A stretch of DNA of 64,000 nt from Octopus sinensis. Lineage: Eukaryota. The notes beneath the pieces were generated by a model. It had not been told where the DNA came from. It was given only the letters and a program-made list of their open reading frames with translations, and did not search any database. This document shows positions 53,150-64,000 of the stretch, piece by piece. Each line of letters opens with the position of its first letter. The first letter of the stretch is position 1. Made by a program: the position numbers and the translations under genes. Where the stretch lies: the NCBI RefSeq assembly GCF_006345805.1, contig NC_043002.1:112158001-112222000 (forward strand), read 5' to 3'.

Positions 53150-53405
53150 TCTGTTTTTTTCTTCTTCTTCTTCTTCTTTTCCCTCTTCTTCTTCATCATC
53201 ATCGTTATCATCATCATCGGCATCATCATCATCGCCACCATCATCACCACCATCTTCTCCTTCTCCCCTCCTTCTTCTTCTTCTTCTTCTTCTTCATCAT
53301 CATCGTTATCATCATCATCGTCGTCATAATCATCACCACCATCACCATCATCGTCATCTTCTCCTTCTCCTTCTCCTTCTTCTTCTTCTTCTTCTTCTTC
53401 TTCTC
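53150..53405. repeat. (CTT)n/(CAT)n compound array inside the PLE 3' tail
   Basis: direct reading. Confidence 0.95.
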
Positions 53406-53753
53406 CACCCCCTACCCTTAAGTTTGTCACTAATGTTTTTAGTATAACACCTACGCTAATTCTATAAACAAGCCTGTCAATATAAATATTCTCCTGAATT
53501 GAACTGAGACTGCCAGCCGCCACTGACCATTCAAAATACGACCATCAGGGCACTCCCAGATTCTCCCACCCCCTTTCCTCACCAGCCTTCCCTCTACTAC
53601 CCTACCAAGAACTCACAACTACCTCGAACACACAAGTGCAAACAAGGGAGTCAGAGAAAGGCAGAATGCCACTTAAATCTGAACACTACTATAGAAATAT
53701 TCTTTTAAAAAAACTTTTCTTCTAATTTTTCTAATTTAATTATTTAATCGTTA

Positions 53754-53790
53754 CAGTTGAAAAGGTCTCAAAAGACCGAAACCGGTACTG
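53754..53790 (+). ncRNA. Degenerate minimal hammerhead at the PLE 3' end
   Basis: CAG-TTGAAAA-GGTCT CAAA AGACC-GAAA-CCGG-TA-CTG; core has 2 substitutions. Confidence 0.65.
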
Positions 53791-53850
53791 AAATGTTCAC
53801 TATAAAATTATTTTAGCATTTTCTTTTTTACTTGTTTTTTCATATATATA

Positions 53851-53890
<40 letters not shown>

Positions 53891-54633
53891 TTACATATTT
53901 ATATACATAACAACAGTTGGATAATGGATCATTCACTACAGCTGTTTCCAACGCTTTTGTTTCATGATGTAATATCTCTATTCTTCATAAAAGAAATCGT
54001 TGGAAACGGCTGTATTGAATAATCCTTATCATCTGTTTATTTATTTCTTATTCACTTACTCAAAACCTGCTATTAACGAGAATTTGGAGTCTATTAAGTG
54101 CAGTACAATTGGTGCAGCGTGTGTTCCTAAATACTGCCTAACTCTAACCCTACCGCATATTTATATATATATACACAGACACACACATACATACATATAT
54201 ATGTGAATATATATATATATATATATATATATGGTGCTATTTCAAATATACTTGAGGCATATTTAAGCCATTCACTGTATTTTGTCAAGGAGAAAAATTC
54301 TCGCAGTAGACAGATGTAAACACACTGAGTCAGTTCTCAGTGCTCTCCAGCCTGACTGTTGATTGCAAGCATTTTCGACTTGTTATCTCCTCTTCAGCAA
54401 CGGAGACGCTAAAGGCAAACGCTGCGAAGTGACACGCGACAGTATTCCCTCTTATAATATGCCTTTCATCGTGCAATGACTAGTTGCGCTAGTCGGTGGA
54501 TCACCGTAATAAAATATTGGGAAACTATCAGGTTAGGGATGGTAGCGAAATGATTCGGTGTGTTTACGCCTATCTGTCAGCGAGAAATTTTTCTGTGTAA
54601 CAAAATACATCGAATGGCTTTCTTACGAGTTAG

Positions 54634-54671
<38 letters not shown>

Positions 54672-54679
54672 TATAAGTA

Positions 54680-55245
54680 GATAAATGAATTATCTTATTA
54701 CGGATAATTCGAAAGATAACCCAAACCCAAACCGCTAGGACACCACGGGCAGGCCACCACACCTTCACGTAATCGGTCTATTAATCGACCGATTAGCCTA
54801 AGGCTGTGACCTGATATGGTTTTCTCGGATGCTGCATCCTATAAAAGACCGTGTATACACTCAATTAATCGCAGTGCGTTAAAGGCGGTCAGGCGAAATG
54901 CGCGTCCGCCCTTGCCATGAACCACTGCGCAAACAACTTCAGGTTTTTGAACAGACCCATTCTGAACATTCACACAATGTCAGATAAGTAACATCTACGG
55001 ACACAGCATTGCTTTTCTCTCTATCCCAGTCATTATCGCTATGGGCTCCTCGTGAGCAGTCATCTAAAAACTTGTTGTGCATTTTGCTGGCGAAAGAAGT
55101 TCCTGGATTTTCCTGAAGAGAAAGCTGCATAATGGACTCCTTATTCATTCGGAATTAGGAATTTTGCAGACTTCGAAACATATGTCGAAAATAAAATAAG
55201 GAATTTTGTTAAATCTTCGCTCAGCTCCATTCTTTCCTATACTAT
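54680..55245 (+). mobile_element. (TA)n-flanked non-coding module, about 570 bp, carrying an intact hammerhead
   Basis: bounded by TA tracts; contains the 306-bp repeat and ribozyme 55108-55191; its distal end resembles 38432-38500 in reverse. Confidence 0.75.
55108..55191 (+). ncRNA. Type I hammerhead ribozyme, intact core, palindromic stem III
   Basis: TTTTC-CTGAAGA-G AAAG CTGCA...TGCAG ACTT C-GAAA-CATATG-TC-GAAAA; GUC triplet, predicted cleavage after 55186. Confidence 0.88.
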
Positions 55246-55274
55246 ATATAATATAATATATATATATATATATA

Positions 55275-55352
<78 letters not shown>

Positions 55353-55455
55353 CCGGAGTAAACACATAAATGTGAAACAAGGTGGAAAAAAGAGTACTCA
55401 AATACCAGTGGTAGAGTAATATGCTTTATTTTAAGCACAGAAAATTCAACAAAAT

Positions 55456-55560
55456 CTGTTACTCTGAGTTTCTCGTTGCCGTTCATCAGACAGTTTTTGC
55501 TAGAGTTCCATTCTAGCAAAAACTGTCTGATGAACGGCAACGAGAAACTCAGAGTAACAG
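55456..55560. ncRNA. Back-to-back pair of minimal hammerheads (55456-55493 minus; 55523-55560 plus), intact CTGATGA cores
   Basis: CTGT-CTGATGA-ACG GCAA CGA-GAAA-CTCAGAG-TA-ACAG in both arms; stem II only 2 bp. Confidence 0.72.
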
Positions 55561-55593
55561 ATTTTATTGAATTTTCTGCTGCTTAAAAAAAGT

Positions 55594-55630
<37 letters not shown>

Positions 55631-55807
55631 CAGAAATATTAGATTGCTAAATATCTCAAAGAGACATGAGCGGTGGTGGAGCGATAGAGTGGTTGTATAC
55701 TGTCAACTTAACGTGACAGTCCCGTATGGGAATTACATCTCCGCTGTTTAGCCCTAGGAACATCGAATGCTTTGGACTGTCACGTTAAGTTGACAGTATA
55801 CAACCGC

Positions 55808-55897
<90 letters not shown>

Positions 55898-56009
55898 TAT
55901 AGTAACAGAAAGGAGGAATTTCGATTATCCCCACGTGTTGATTTGTAATGCATATAAGATATTATAAAAGGAAAATACGCACACTTACATAGTTTTAATA
56001 TCATTTTTA

Positions 56010-56975
56010 ACATATCGACCGGTTTTGCTATCGCTATTCATGATTTTATGTTTTTTTACTTATTTGAGTATGTATTTTTTCTTAAGAAGAAATTTTGTCC
56101 ATGTTGTGTGTGATGATATTTACGAGTGAATGACTTCACAAGTAGAAAAATAAGGGGAGGTAATTGGTTATCGTTATGTTGTTATTGTTGTGGGTAAGGG
56201 AGATAACTGTTCAGCTTTCAGTAATGGGAGGGGGGTATATATGTACAGACAAAAACAAGTTTCGAAAACCTTGTTTAGTGAGGGGATTTATGTACAGTGA
56301 TGTAATCGTGAATTGAAATATGTAAAAAGATAAAGTTGGTTATGCGTGCATATCAAGACGTTTCCTGTATTTTCAATGAATAAAGTTTCTTTATTTAAAC
56401 GTTCTTGTGGAGAGATTGTGTCTTTGCACTGGTAGAAGGGGAAGACTGTGAAATTTGGTTTGATGTTATCTGCACATTTTTCTATATGTTCACTGAGAGG
56501 AATTTGCCTGTAGTGCGGGAAACTGATTTGCTCTTTATGTAGAGTGGTTCTCTTTCTCAAGGTCCTACTCGTTTTTCCAATATAGTTGTGTCAGCAACCC
56601 GAGCAGGTTATTAGATAAATTAGGTTCTCAGAGGCACAAGTGAAACTATTTTTAATTGTGAACCTCTGTCCTTATTTGAAAAGGAAGTCCGGGCCTTCAA
56701 GTAGTTTGGGGTAGGTTCCACAGTTTGGGCGTCCACATTTTTCAACCGTTGGTTTCATGGTCGTTTTGTAAAGCTTCGCATTTATTAGTAGTCTCTTTAG
56801 CAATTTGTCTTGCTTTTTGCATTTGATGAGTTTGTGTGTTTTCAGGATGTCGTTCGTTTTTGAATCTCTAGTTAGTAAAGGAAGATTTTGCACAATAGTG
56901 TTGAATGCCTCACTGTTTCTGGGGTTGTGTGTTGATATAAATAGTAATGTTTTGAGATTAAAAATTATTTTAAAA
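56010..56975 (-). mobile_element. Second Neptune-type PLE, 3' fragment (linker plus GIY-YIG plus tail)
   Basis: KPTVEKCGRPNCG, FTCASENLIYLITCSGC, YIGKTSRTLRKR; clearly homologous to 52420-53027; degenerate hammerhead at 56014-56044. Confidence 0.9.
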
Positions 56976-57372
56976 CTATGTAAGTGTGCGTATTTTCCTT
57001 TTTTAATTTCTTATATATATATATATATATAATAACAAAGGGTAAAATTAATTAATTAAGAAGTAATCAGTAATTTCACCAAGTAGAATTCGGCATGAAA
57101 AAGACCATTTCATGGTAAGCTTAAGTAATACTTTATAATTAGGGTTCAGCAAAGATTTGCTTCACCACATACCGAAGTTTAGAAATAGCAGTCAAAAAAT
57201 CTTAGCTATTCCTTCTACTTTATTTCCCCTTTTGCCTACGTGGATTGTTTTCAAGTACTTTGGCTTTTCTGGGAGCCCCTTTTAAAGTAGAAGGAATAGC
57301 TAAGATTTTTTGACTGCTATTTCTAAACTTCGGTATGTGGTGAAGCAAATCTTTGCTGAACCCTAATTATAA

Positions 57373-57445
<73 letters not shown>

Positions 57446-58085
57446 CATGTATATATATATATATGATATAGTTTCAGAGGATGGCGCAGCTATGACGGAG
57501 TCGGCTATCAGTCCACTGGGTAGGGTAATGTAAAATATCTGTATAACTGAAAATTCAGAAGATCCTATCGATCTTTAGAATCTTTAAATTACCTCCAGAT
57601 TTGTCCCCAGATCAGCCTACTCACCAGAGTAATTACTTTGGAAAATTTTGATATATTGTTTGCTTATATTTTTATATTATTTTACGTTTTACTTTATTGT
57701 TTTCCTTTTGTATTTGCCTGAATTAAGGATAGTAAATTCTCTAATATCCTATCTGGCACTTCATTGATTTATAAAGAAAAGCAACACAGTATATCTTTGC
57801 TCTGTTGCTTTCCTTTTACTTAATAAATCTGTGTAATTTTCTCCAACTCTGGACTTCCATACGTTTTAAATATAAATTTTGTGTGAACACTCAAAGTTGA
57901 ACGGTTGAGTTAATCATGATGTTCTGGTGATCTGGTTAGCTAGCTTTCTCATTTGCATTCAGATGTAAATATATAAGTGCATTATTTAATGCTATGCGTA
58001 TATATTAATGCAAACTTGTCCATATAATTTCTTGCACACTGAAATTAACACTAGATGGAGGAGGTTGCGAAAAGGGTACGATATT

Positions 58086-58482
58086 AACTTAGATAACTTA
58101 GATAACTTAGATATGTTAGGCCATGTCTAACTTAATAGCACCACCTGATAGGATTATTCGAATCCTGTTTAAGTCAAGTTTTGTTCAAGTAGTGAGTTCT
58201 TGTTGGGTGAGTTGTATCAAGTTTTGTTCAAGTAGTGAGTTCTTGTTGGGTGAGTTGTATCCAATTATTGTTGGCTTATCTGGTATTCTTTGAAGGAATC
58301 TATCCAGACTCCGTTTAAAGTTGATGGGATCCTTTACCTCTTTGATCTCCCTCGGGACAATGTTAAATAAGGCAGGGCTTGTTCAGGAAAAGAAATTATG
58401 TTGCAGTGTACATGTATGTTGTGATCTTGAATTGGGCAGGGGACGTATGGCCCGTGGTCCCAGTCTTGGATGAACCTTGAAG
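58086..58482 (-). mobile_element. CR1-group LINE 3' end with internal 2 x 43-bp duplication (58175-58260) and (ATCTAAGTT)3 tail
   Basis: HPRLGPRAIRP..FNIVPREIKEVKDPINFKRSLDRFLQRIPDKP..NKNSLLE; homologous to 34218-34600. Confidence 0.8.
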
Positions 58483-58499
58483 CTATGCTAAATGTTTGA

Positions 58500-58543
<44 letters not shown>

Positions 58544-58980
58544 TGTGTGTTGTGTGTGTGTGTGTGTGTTGTGTGTGTGTGTTGTGTGTGTGTTTGTGCG
58601 TGTATGTGTGTCTGTGTCTGTGTCTGTGTGTCTGCATGTGTGTATGTGTGAATGTCGTTATTTAATTTCATTTCAAGATTTCTTGCCAATAGAGAAGGAG
58701 CCGGTTTCTAACCTAGATCCAAAGCTCCATCATTGGAATTTCAAAAACATCGACAGGACTTTGTTGTATGTATGTACGTATGTATGCATGTATGTATGCA
58801 TGCATGCATGCATGCATGCATGCATGTATGTATGTATGTATGTATGTATGTATGTATGTATGTATGTATGCATGCATGTATGTGTGTATGTATGTATGTA
58901 TGTATGTATGTATGTATGTATGTATGTATGTATGTATGAATGAATGAATGAATGAATGTATGAATGTATACATGTATGTA
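58500..58980. repeat. (TG)n and (ATGT)n/(ATGC)n arrays with a short unique spacer
   Basis: direct reading. Confidence 0.93.
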
Positions 58981-59385
58981 TGTATATGTGGAGATTTGTA
59001 CGATTTGCTTTATGTATGTATTCGCTTGCATAAACTTGCATATCTAGACATGCTCATATATATTTAAATGATACACGTCTGGAAAGTTTTAAAGACTTTT
59101 TACAATTCTAGTGATGGCTTGGTTCTGAAGTATTCGAATCAGCTTTCTCCGCTCTGGTTTTGAAAAACCTAATTTCTCAAGATTGGTATTTAGGCATATC
59201 CCAGTGCCCCGATAATTACAGTGATAAACCTGAACTTGTAATCTGAATAGAGTAACAGCAGATTTCTCAGTAGTTCAGGGTTGGTATTTTCTTTTTTATT
59301 GATCTTTAGCTTTATGTATGTATGTATGTATGTATGTATGTAGAGACGGATAGAGAGGGAGAGAGAGATATACATATAGGGGAAA

Positions 59386-59765
59386 GGAAGCACTCCGTCG
59401 GTTACGACGACGAGGGTTCCGGTTGATCCGAATCAACGGAACAGCCTGCTCGTGAAATTAACGTGTAAGTGGCTGAGCACTCCACAGACACGTGTACCCT
59501 TAACGTAGTTCTCGGAGATATTCAGCGTGACACAGAGAGTGACAAGGCCAGTCCTTTGAAATACAGGTACAACAGAAACAGGAAGTAAGAGTGAGAGAAA
59601 GTTGTGGTGAAAGAGTACAGCAGGGATCACCACCATCCCTGCCGGAGCCTCGTGGAGCATTATGTGTTTTCGTTCAATAAACACTCACAACGCCCGGTCT
59701 GGGAATCGAAACCGCGAACCTATGACCGCGAGTCCGCTGCCCTAACCACTGGGCCATTGCGCCTC
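59386..59765 (-). mobile_element. SINE family A
   Basis: consensus match; no clear TSD. Confidence 0.92.
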
Positions 59766-60234
59766 ATAACATACATACATACATAAGCACAGACATACAT
59801 ACACACACATGCCTTGACATTGTCACAAGTTGACGTAAACCATCTGAATGAAACCGGGTAGAAAGGACTAGCAAAGGTCATCTAATGATGGTGCACTTAA
59901 TCTGCCACCTGGTCAGTGGGTACGTTTAAGAAAGTCCACTCGGAATCCTGTCACCGACACTGAAACAGCATTTAAATCTAGCATAACCGAGTTTTCTTTG
60001 ATGTATTGTGAAAGCCATGGCCAATGAATAGCAAGGTACTATCAACTACCTCATCTATGAACTGTTTACTGGTCACTTTTCCACAACAGACTATAAATTC
60101 ACAACTTCAAGGTAAGCAAATGCTCATGAATTTTATGGTGATACTTCTGCTTACAGGTATGTTTCGATTCTGCATGGGGGGGGGTCAAAATCACGCACAA
60201 AATAAGTTCAATATGATCGGTATTGTTAAAGACA

Positions 60235-60455
60235 ATAAGGCGGCGAGCTGGCGGAACCGTTAGCACGCTGGGCGAAATGCTTTGCGGTATTTCGTTTGCC
60301 GTTACGTTCTGAGTTCAAATTCCGCCGAGGTCGACTTTGCCTTTCATCCTTTCGGGGTCGATAAATTAAGTACCAGTTACGCACTGGGGTCGATGTAATC
60401 GACTTAATACCTATGTCTGTCCTTGTTTGTCCCCTCTGTGGGTAGTAAAGAAATA
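60235..60455 (+). mobile_element. SINE family C, full length
   Basis: 16-bp TSD GGTATTGTTAAAGACA at 60219-60234 and 60456-60471. Confidence 0.93.
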
Positions 60456-60553
60456 GGTATTGTTAAAGACATGTTTCAATTTTACTAACATTTAATAAAA
60501 TAAAAAATAATGATGAATGCACAATTACTTGTACATGACGAACAAAATGAATA

Positions 60554-60600
<47 letters not shown>

Positions 60601-60833
60601 AACAAAAACAACAACAAAACCACAACTACAACGTAATATAAATAAAATGTCCAATGTTTTGGTTCGTGACTTTTAGCCCACCCTGTAGTTACAATTTATT
60701 GACTTACCGTCTAACATAACATCTTACCGAGGGTTAGTTTTTTTGTTGTTTTCGTGCAACGTCATTCAGCATGGCTTGAATTCAAGAATATCCAAGCCTG
60801 AATGTTTCACACGGTAACACTTGTATCAGCTAT

Positions 60834-60887
<54 letters not shown>

Positions 60888-60992
60888 ATATATAACGGGA
60901 AGCTTTATGAAAATAGACAAAAGACGAAGGCAGGTGGAAAACAAACGAACAATTGTATTAGTATGGCGCTCAGGAAATATAAATAAAACAAG

Positions 60993-61030
60993 TCTTTAAC
61001 GTTTCGAGCCTACGCTCTTCAACAGAAAGA
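60993..61030 (-). ncRNA. Minimal hammerhead motif, core CTGTTGA, in (TA)n-flanked module 60894-61102 (same family as 42086-42270)
   Basis: TCTTT-CTGTTGA-A-GAGC GTAG GCTC-GAAA-CG-TT-AAAGA. Confidence 0.65.
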
Positions 61031-61119
61031 TACACAGAGAGAAAAAAAACACAGAAAGAAGGAGAGAAAAAAAAAATGCGTGCAGTAGCTAACGAATCAA
61101 CATGATATATATATATATA

Positions 61120-61416
61120 CTAGGAGTATCGCCCGGCGTTGCTCGGTTTTGTAAGGGAAATAACTATATAAGCATTTTTAGAGAGTTATAGCCCAAAAAT
61201 AGCAAAAAAATGCATTAAAAATGGGAAAAATTGATGGTAAACTTTTTTTTAAATCGTAGACTCATCGTAGACGCGCGCTAATACCCAGAAGGGCTTGATA
61301 TGAATCACTACTATAAGATACCCGGTTTTGGTTAAACTGCACCGCAAAATGTGGGAGTAGTTAGGAATCTAAATCGTAGGAGACAGACAGCACACAACCT
61401 TACTTTTAATATAAGA
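61120..61416 (-). mobile_element. Non-autonomous Helitron, short variant lacking about 95 bp internally
   Basis: TC and CTAG termini, 3' hairpin. Confidence 0.85.
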
Positions 61417-61428
61417 TATATGTATATA

Positions 61429-61470
<42 letters not shown>

Positions 61471-62121
61471 TATATATATACATCTATATATATATATATG
61501 TATATACATATAAATAATTAAAATCCAATTGAAAATATGTCAATCGTACATCTCCATTTTCTTTTCATTTTGTATACATGTAAACATGTGAAATGTGTGT
61601 GAATAGCAACAGTAAATGTGTGTGTGTGTGTGTCTGCATTCATGTCAGTGCGTTTATCTGCAAATACATGAAAACTACGACTATAGTTAACAAATCCGCA
61701 TGAAGACTTTAAAAATACATTCGGTCTGGTGGCTATTTTTAACAATTAACAGTTTTCGCCTCATAAAACGTCACTATATCAAGATCATTCTCTATGATTT
61801 GATAATTATTTAATTGTCTGCTTTGGTCAAAATGTCAGATCATCAATTAGATATTGCTGTACAGTATCAGCAGAAGGAAGCTGTTTCCGTTCAGTTAATT
61901 GTTGCTATGTCTACCGATCAATCTGGATGTACCACGGAAATGTTACTAGGACAAAATTGAAATGTCATACCTTCCTTTAATATTTAGTCATTACATTCAC
62001 GTTAATAGCATCATCGCACACAGGAGGATAAGCGAAGAATTCCAAACGTTGAACACTGTACGGAATTACAACCAACGTGAGGATGAAAAGTTTTTATACC
62101 TTACATTATTATTTTTATTGA

Positions 62122-62625
62122 GTGAGAGAGCAGTGCATGCCATCAAAGTGACACTGGGGTAAAATATACGAAGCCTAGCATACACATCATGACTACCCGT
62201 CTGATAAGGGTACACCAGGCACATGCATCACAATCATATGTAAGCGACATGGTGATTTCATATCAAAATAAACAGCGCATGACCTTGCAGGTGGGTCCAG
62301 TTAGAATTTTCTTCTGGCCGAGTAACCCATCTCACTCAAAAGGTCCCTGAATAAGGTTTGTTTAAGGATGATGAACGAAACACCCATGTTCGCAAAGGCG
62401 AATTATCCAAACCCCAAAGAATTCCTCTCAACACATTTCTATGATGCTCCCCACTACTTCTGCTCGTGGTCAGAGATGCACATATCGTCAGCCACTGAGG
62501 GACATGTTCGACTGGGTTTGATCAAACTGACAAGCAAATTTGTGGTATTGAGCAGAATATTTGCTGTAGCCCATCTTTTATACCAAGACAAAACAATGTA
62601 CGTTATAACACTTTTATAATAATAA
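62122..62625 (+). mobile_element. About 500-bp non-coding retroposon ending at a TAA array (probably R4/Dong-associated)
   Basis: homologous to 22480-22925; no ORF; followed by (TAA)n. Confidence 0.75.
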
Positions 62626-62817
62626 TAATAATAATAATAATGATGATGACGATGATGATGATGATGACGATGATGACGATGATGATGATGATGATGATGA
62701 TGATGACGATGATAAGGATGATGACGATGATGACGATGACGACGACGACGACGGCGGCGGTGGTGGTGATGGTGGTGGTGGTGGTGGTGGTGATGATGAT
62801 GATGATGATGGTGATGC

Positions 62818-62857
<40 letters not shown>

Positions 62858-62859
62858 AA

Positions 62860-62905
<46 letters not shown>

Positions 62906-62920
62906 TAATAATAATATTAC
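62626..62920. repeat. (TAA)n/(GAT)n/(GGT)n trinucleotide array
   Basis: direct reading. Confidence 0.97.
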
Positions 62921-62929
62921 GATCGCATT

Positions 62930-63270
62930 CTTTCTTTATTGTCTTCGGCGACAATATTCGGCCGATAATAATTGGTCTCTTTGTTTGTGTAGATTGGCAT
63001 ATCCCATTGTATGGTTGCATTGCCATTCTCTTATACCTGGTATAAGTCTGATTTAACATGCTGATCAATAGAGTGCATCCGTCAGTTAGATGAGTGCTGA
63101 GTGTGATTTCTCAGAGACACGGGTAGGATTATCTATATCAGTAAAAGTGCTCGTCATTTACTAACAATATGCCTGATGCATTGGCTCTGCAATAATTCTG
63201 CTTCGATAATTATTAATGGTATTATTAATGTTTCCACGCGAGATAGAAGGTTTCAAAAGTCATCATCCTT
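62930..63270 (-). pseudogene. R4/Dong-like restriction-like endonuclease fragment
   Basis: ENGNATIQWDMPIYTNKET..YRPNIV resembles ILWDFPIQTD..NRPDIV. Confidence 0.7.
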
Positions 63271-63297
63271 CTTAACTTTTTTACAAACTCCGGTTAT

Positions 63298-63618
63298 AGC
63301 AGGAGTGGCTGTGTGGTAAGTAGCTTGCTTACCAGCCACATGGTTCCGGGTTCAGTCCCACTGCGTGGCACCTTGGGCAAGTGTCTTCTACCATAGCCTC
63401 GGACCGACCAAAACCTTGTGAGTGGATTTGGTAGACGGAAACTGATAGAAGCCCGTCGTATATATGTATATATATATGTGTGTGTGCGTGTGTGTTTGTG
63501 TGTCTGTGTTTGTCCCCCTAGCATTGCTTGACAACCGATGCTGGTGTGTTTATGTCCCCGTCACTTAGCGGTTCGGCAAAAGAACCGATAGAATAAGTAC
63601 TGGGCTTACAAAGAATAA
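63298..63618 (+). mobile_element. SINE family B, 3'-truncated
   Basis: consensus match up to AAGAATAA. Confidence 0.9.
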
Positions 63619-63742
63619 TTTTACCATAATTTTTTTTCCATTTTTAATGCATTTTTTTGCTATTTTTTGGCTATAACTCTCTAAAAATGCTTATATAGTT
63701 ATTTCCCTTACAAACCCGAGCATCGCCGGGCGATACTGCTAG
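63619..63742 (+). mobile_element. Helitron 3' fragment (short variant)
   Basis: CCCGAGCATCGCCGGG hairpin then CTAG|T. Confidence 0.85.
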
Positions 63743-63778
63743 TTTAATATAAAATTATTCGTCTATTCGTCTTATATA

Positions 63779-63809
<31 letters not shown>

Positions 63810-63879
63810 TATTTATGTATATATATATAAATACACACACACACACGCACGCACGCACACACACGCACACACACACACG

Positions 63880-63913
<34 letters not shown>

Positions 63914-64000
63914 AGACGAATAGACGAATAATTTTATATTAAATAGCATAAAAAAGGATGGATTCATGATTTATCGAAACTACCTCCACTTCAAGAGATG

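Larger units (their letters stand above)
51376..53790 (+). mobile_element. Penelope-like element (Neptune-type Cys linker), 5'-truncated: RT, GIY-YIG endonuclease, 3' tail, degenerate hammerhead
   Basis: IHKS..LRPIIAGP; SFDVVNLYSNIP; GTAMG; WKRYLDDCF; LPFLDI; YYKPTDSKQYL..SCHP; CGRPNCGIC; NLIYSLTCSGCQEQYIGQT; several frameshifts; stop at 53025-53027. Confidence 0.93.

Overview
AT-rich, microsatellite-dense animal DNA. The repeat families point to an octopus (inference); no host protein-coding exon could be recognised, so the window is probably intronic or intergenic. Nearly all ORFs in the supplied track are artefacts of microsatellites or SINEs. Recognisable content: three tRNA-derived SINE families (about 35 copies, many with clean TSDs); five non-autonomous Helitrons; a near full-length DD37D (maT-like) Tc1/mariner element plus mariner fragments; a decayed Ty3/Gypsy element with 3' LTR; CR1-like and R4/Dong-like LINE fragments; and three Penelope-like element (PLE) remnants. 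The most striking unexplained structure is a set of short (about 100-600 bp) non-coding modules wedged between (TA)n tracts. Many carry type I hammerhead ribozyme motifs: about 15 motifs, 5 with an intact CUGANGA/GAAA core. Many also have a fold-back architecture (full copy plus a shorter inverted copy). They belong to several unrelated sequence families and cluster at 14-16 kb and 53.7-56 kb. All folds were done by eye and coordinates of degenerate elements are approximate.
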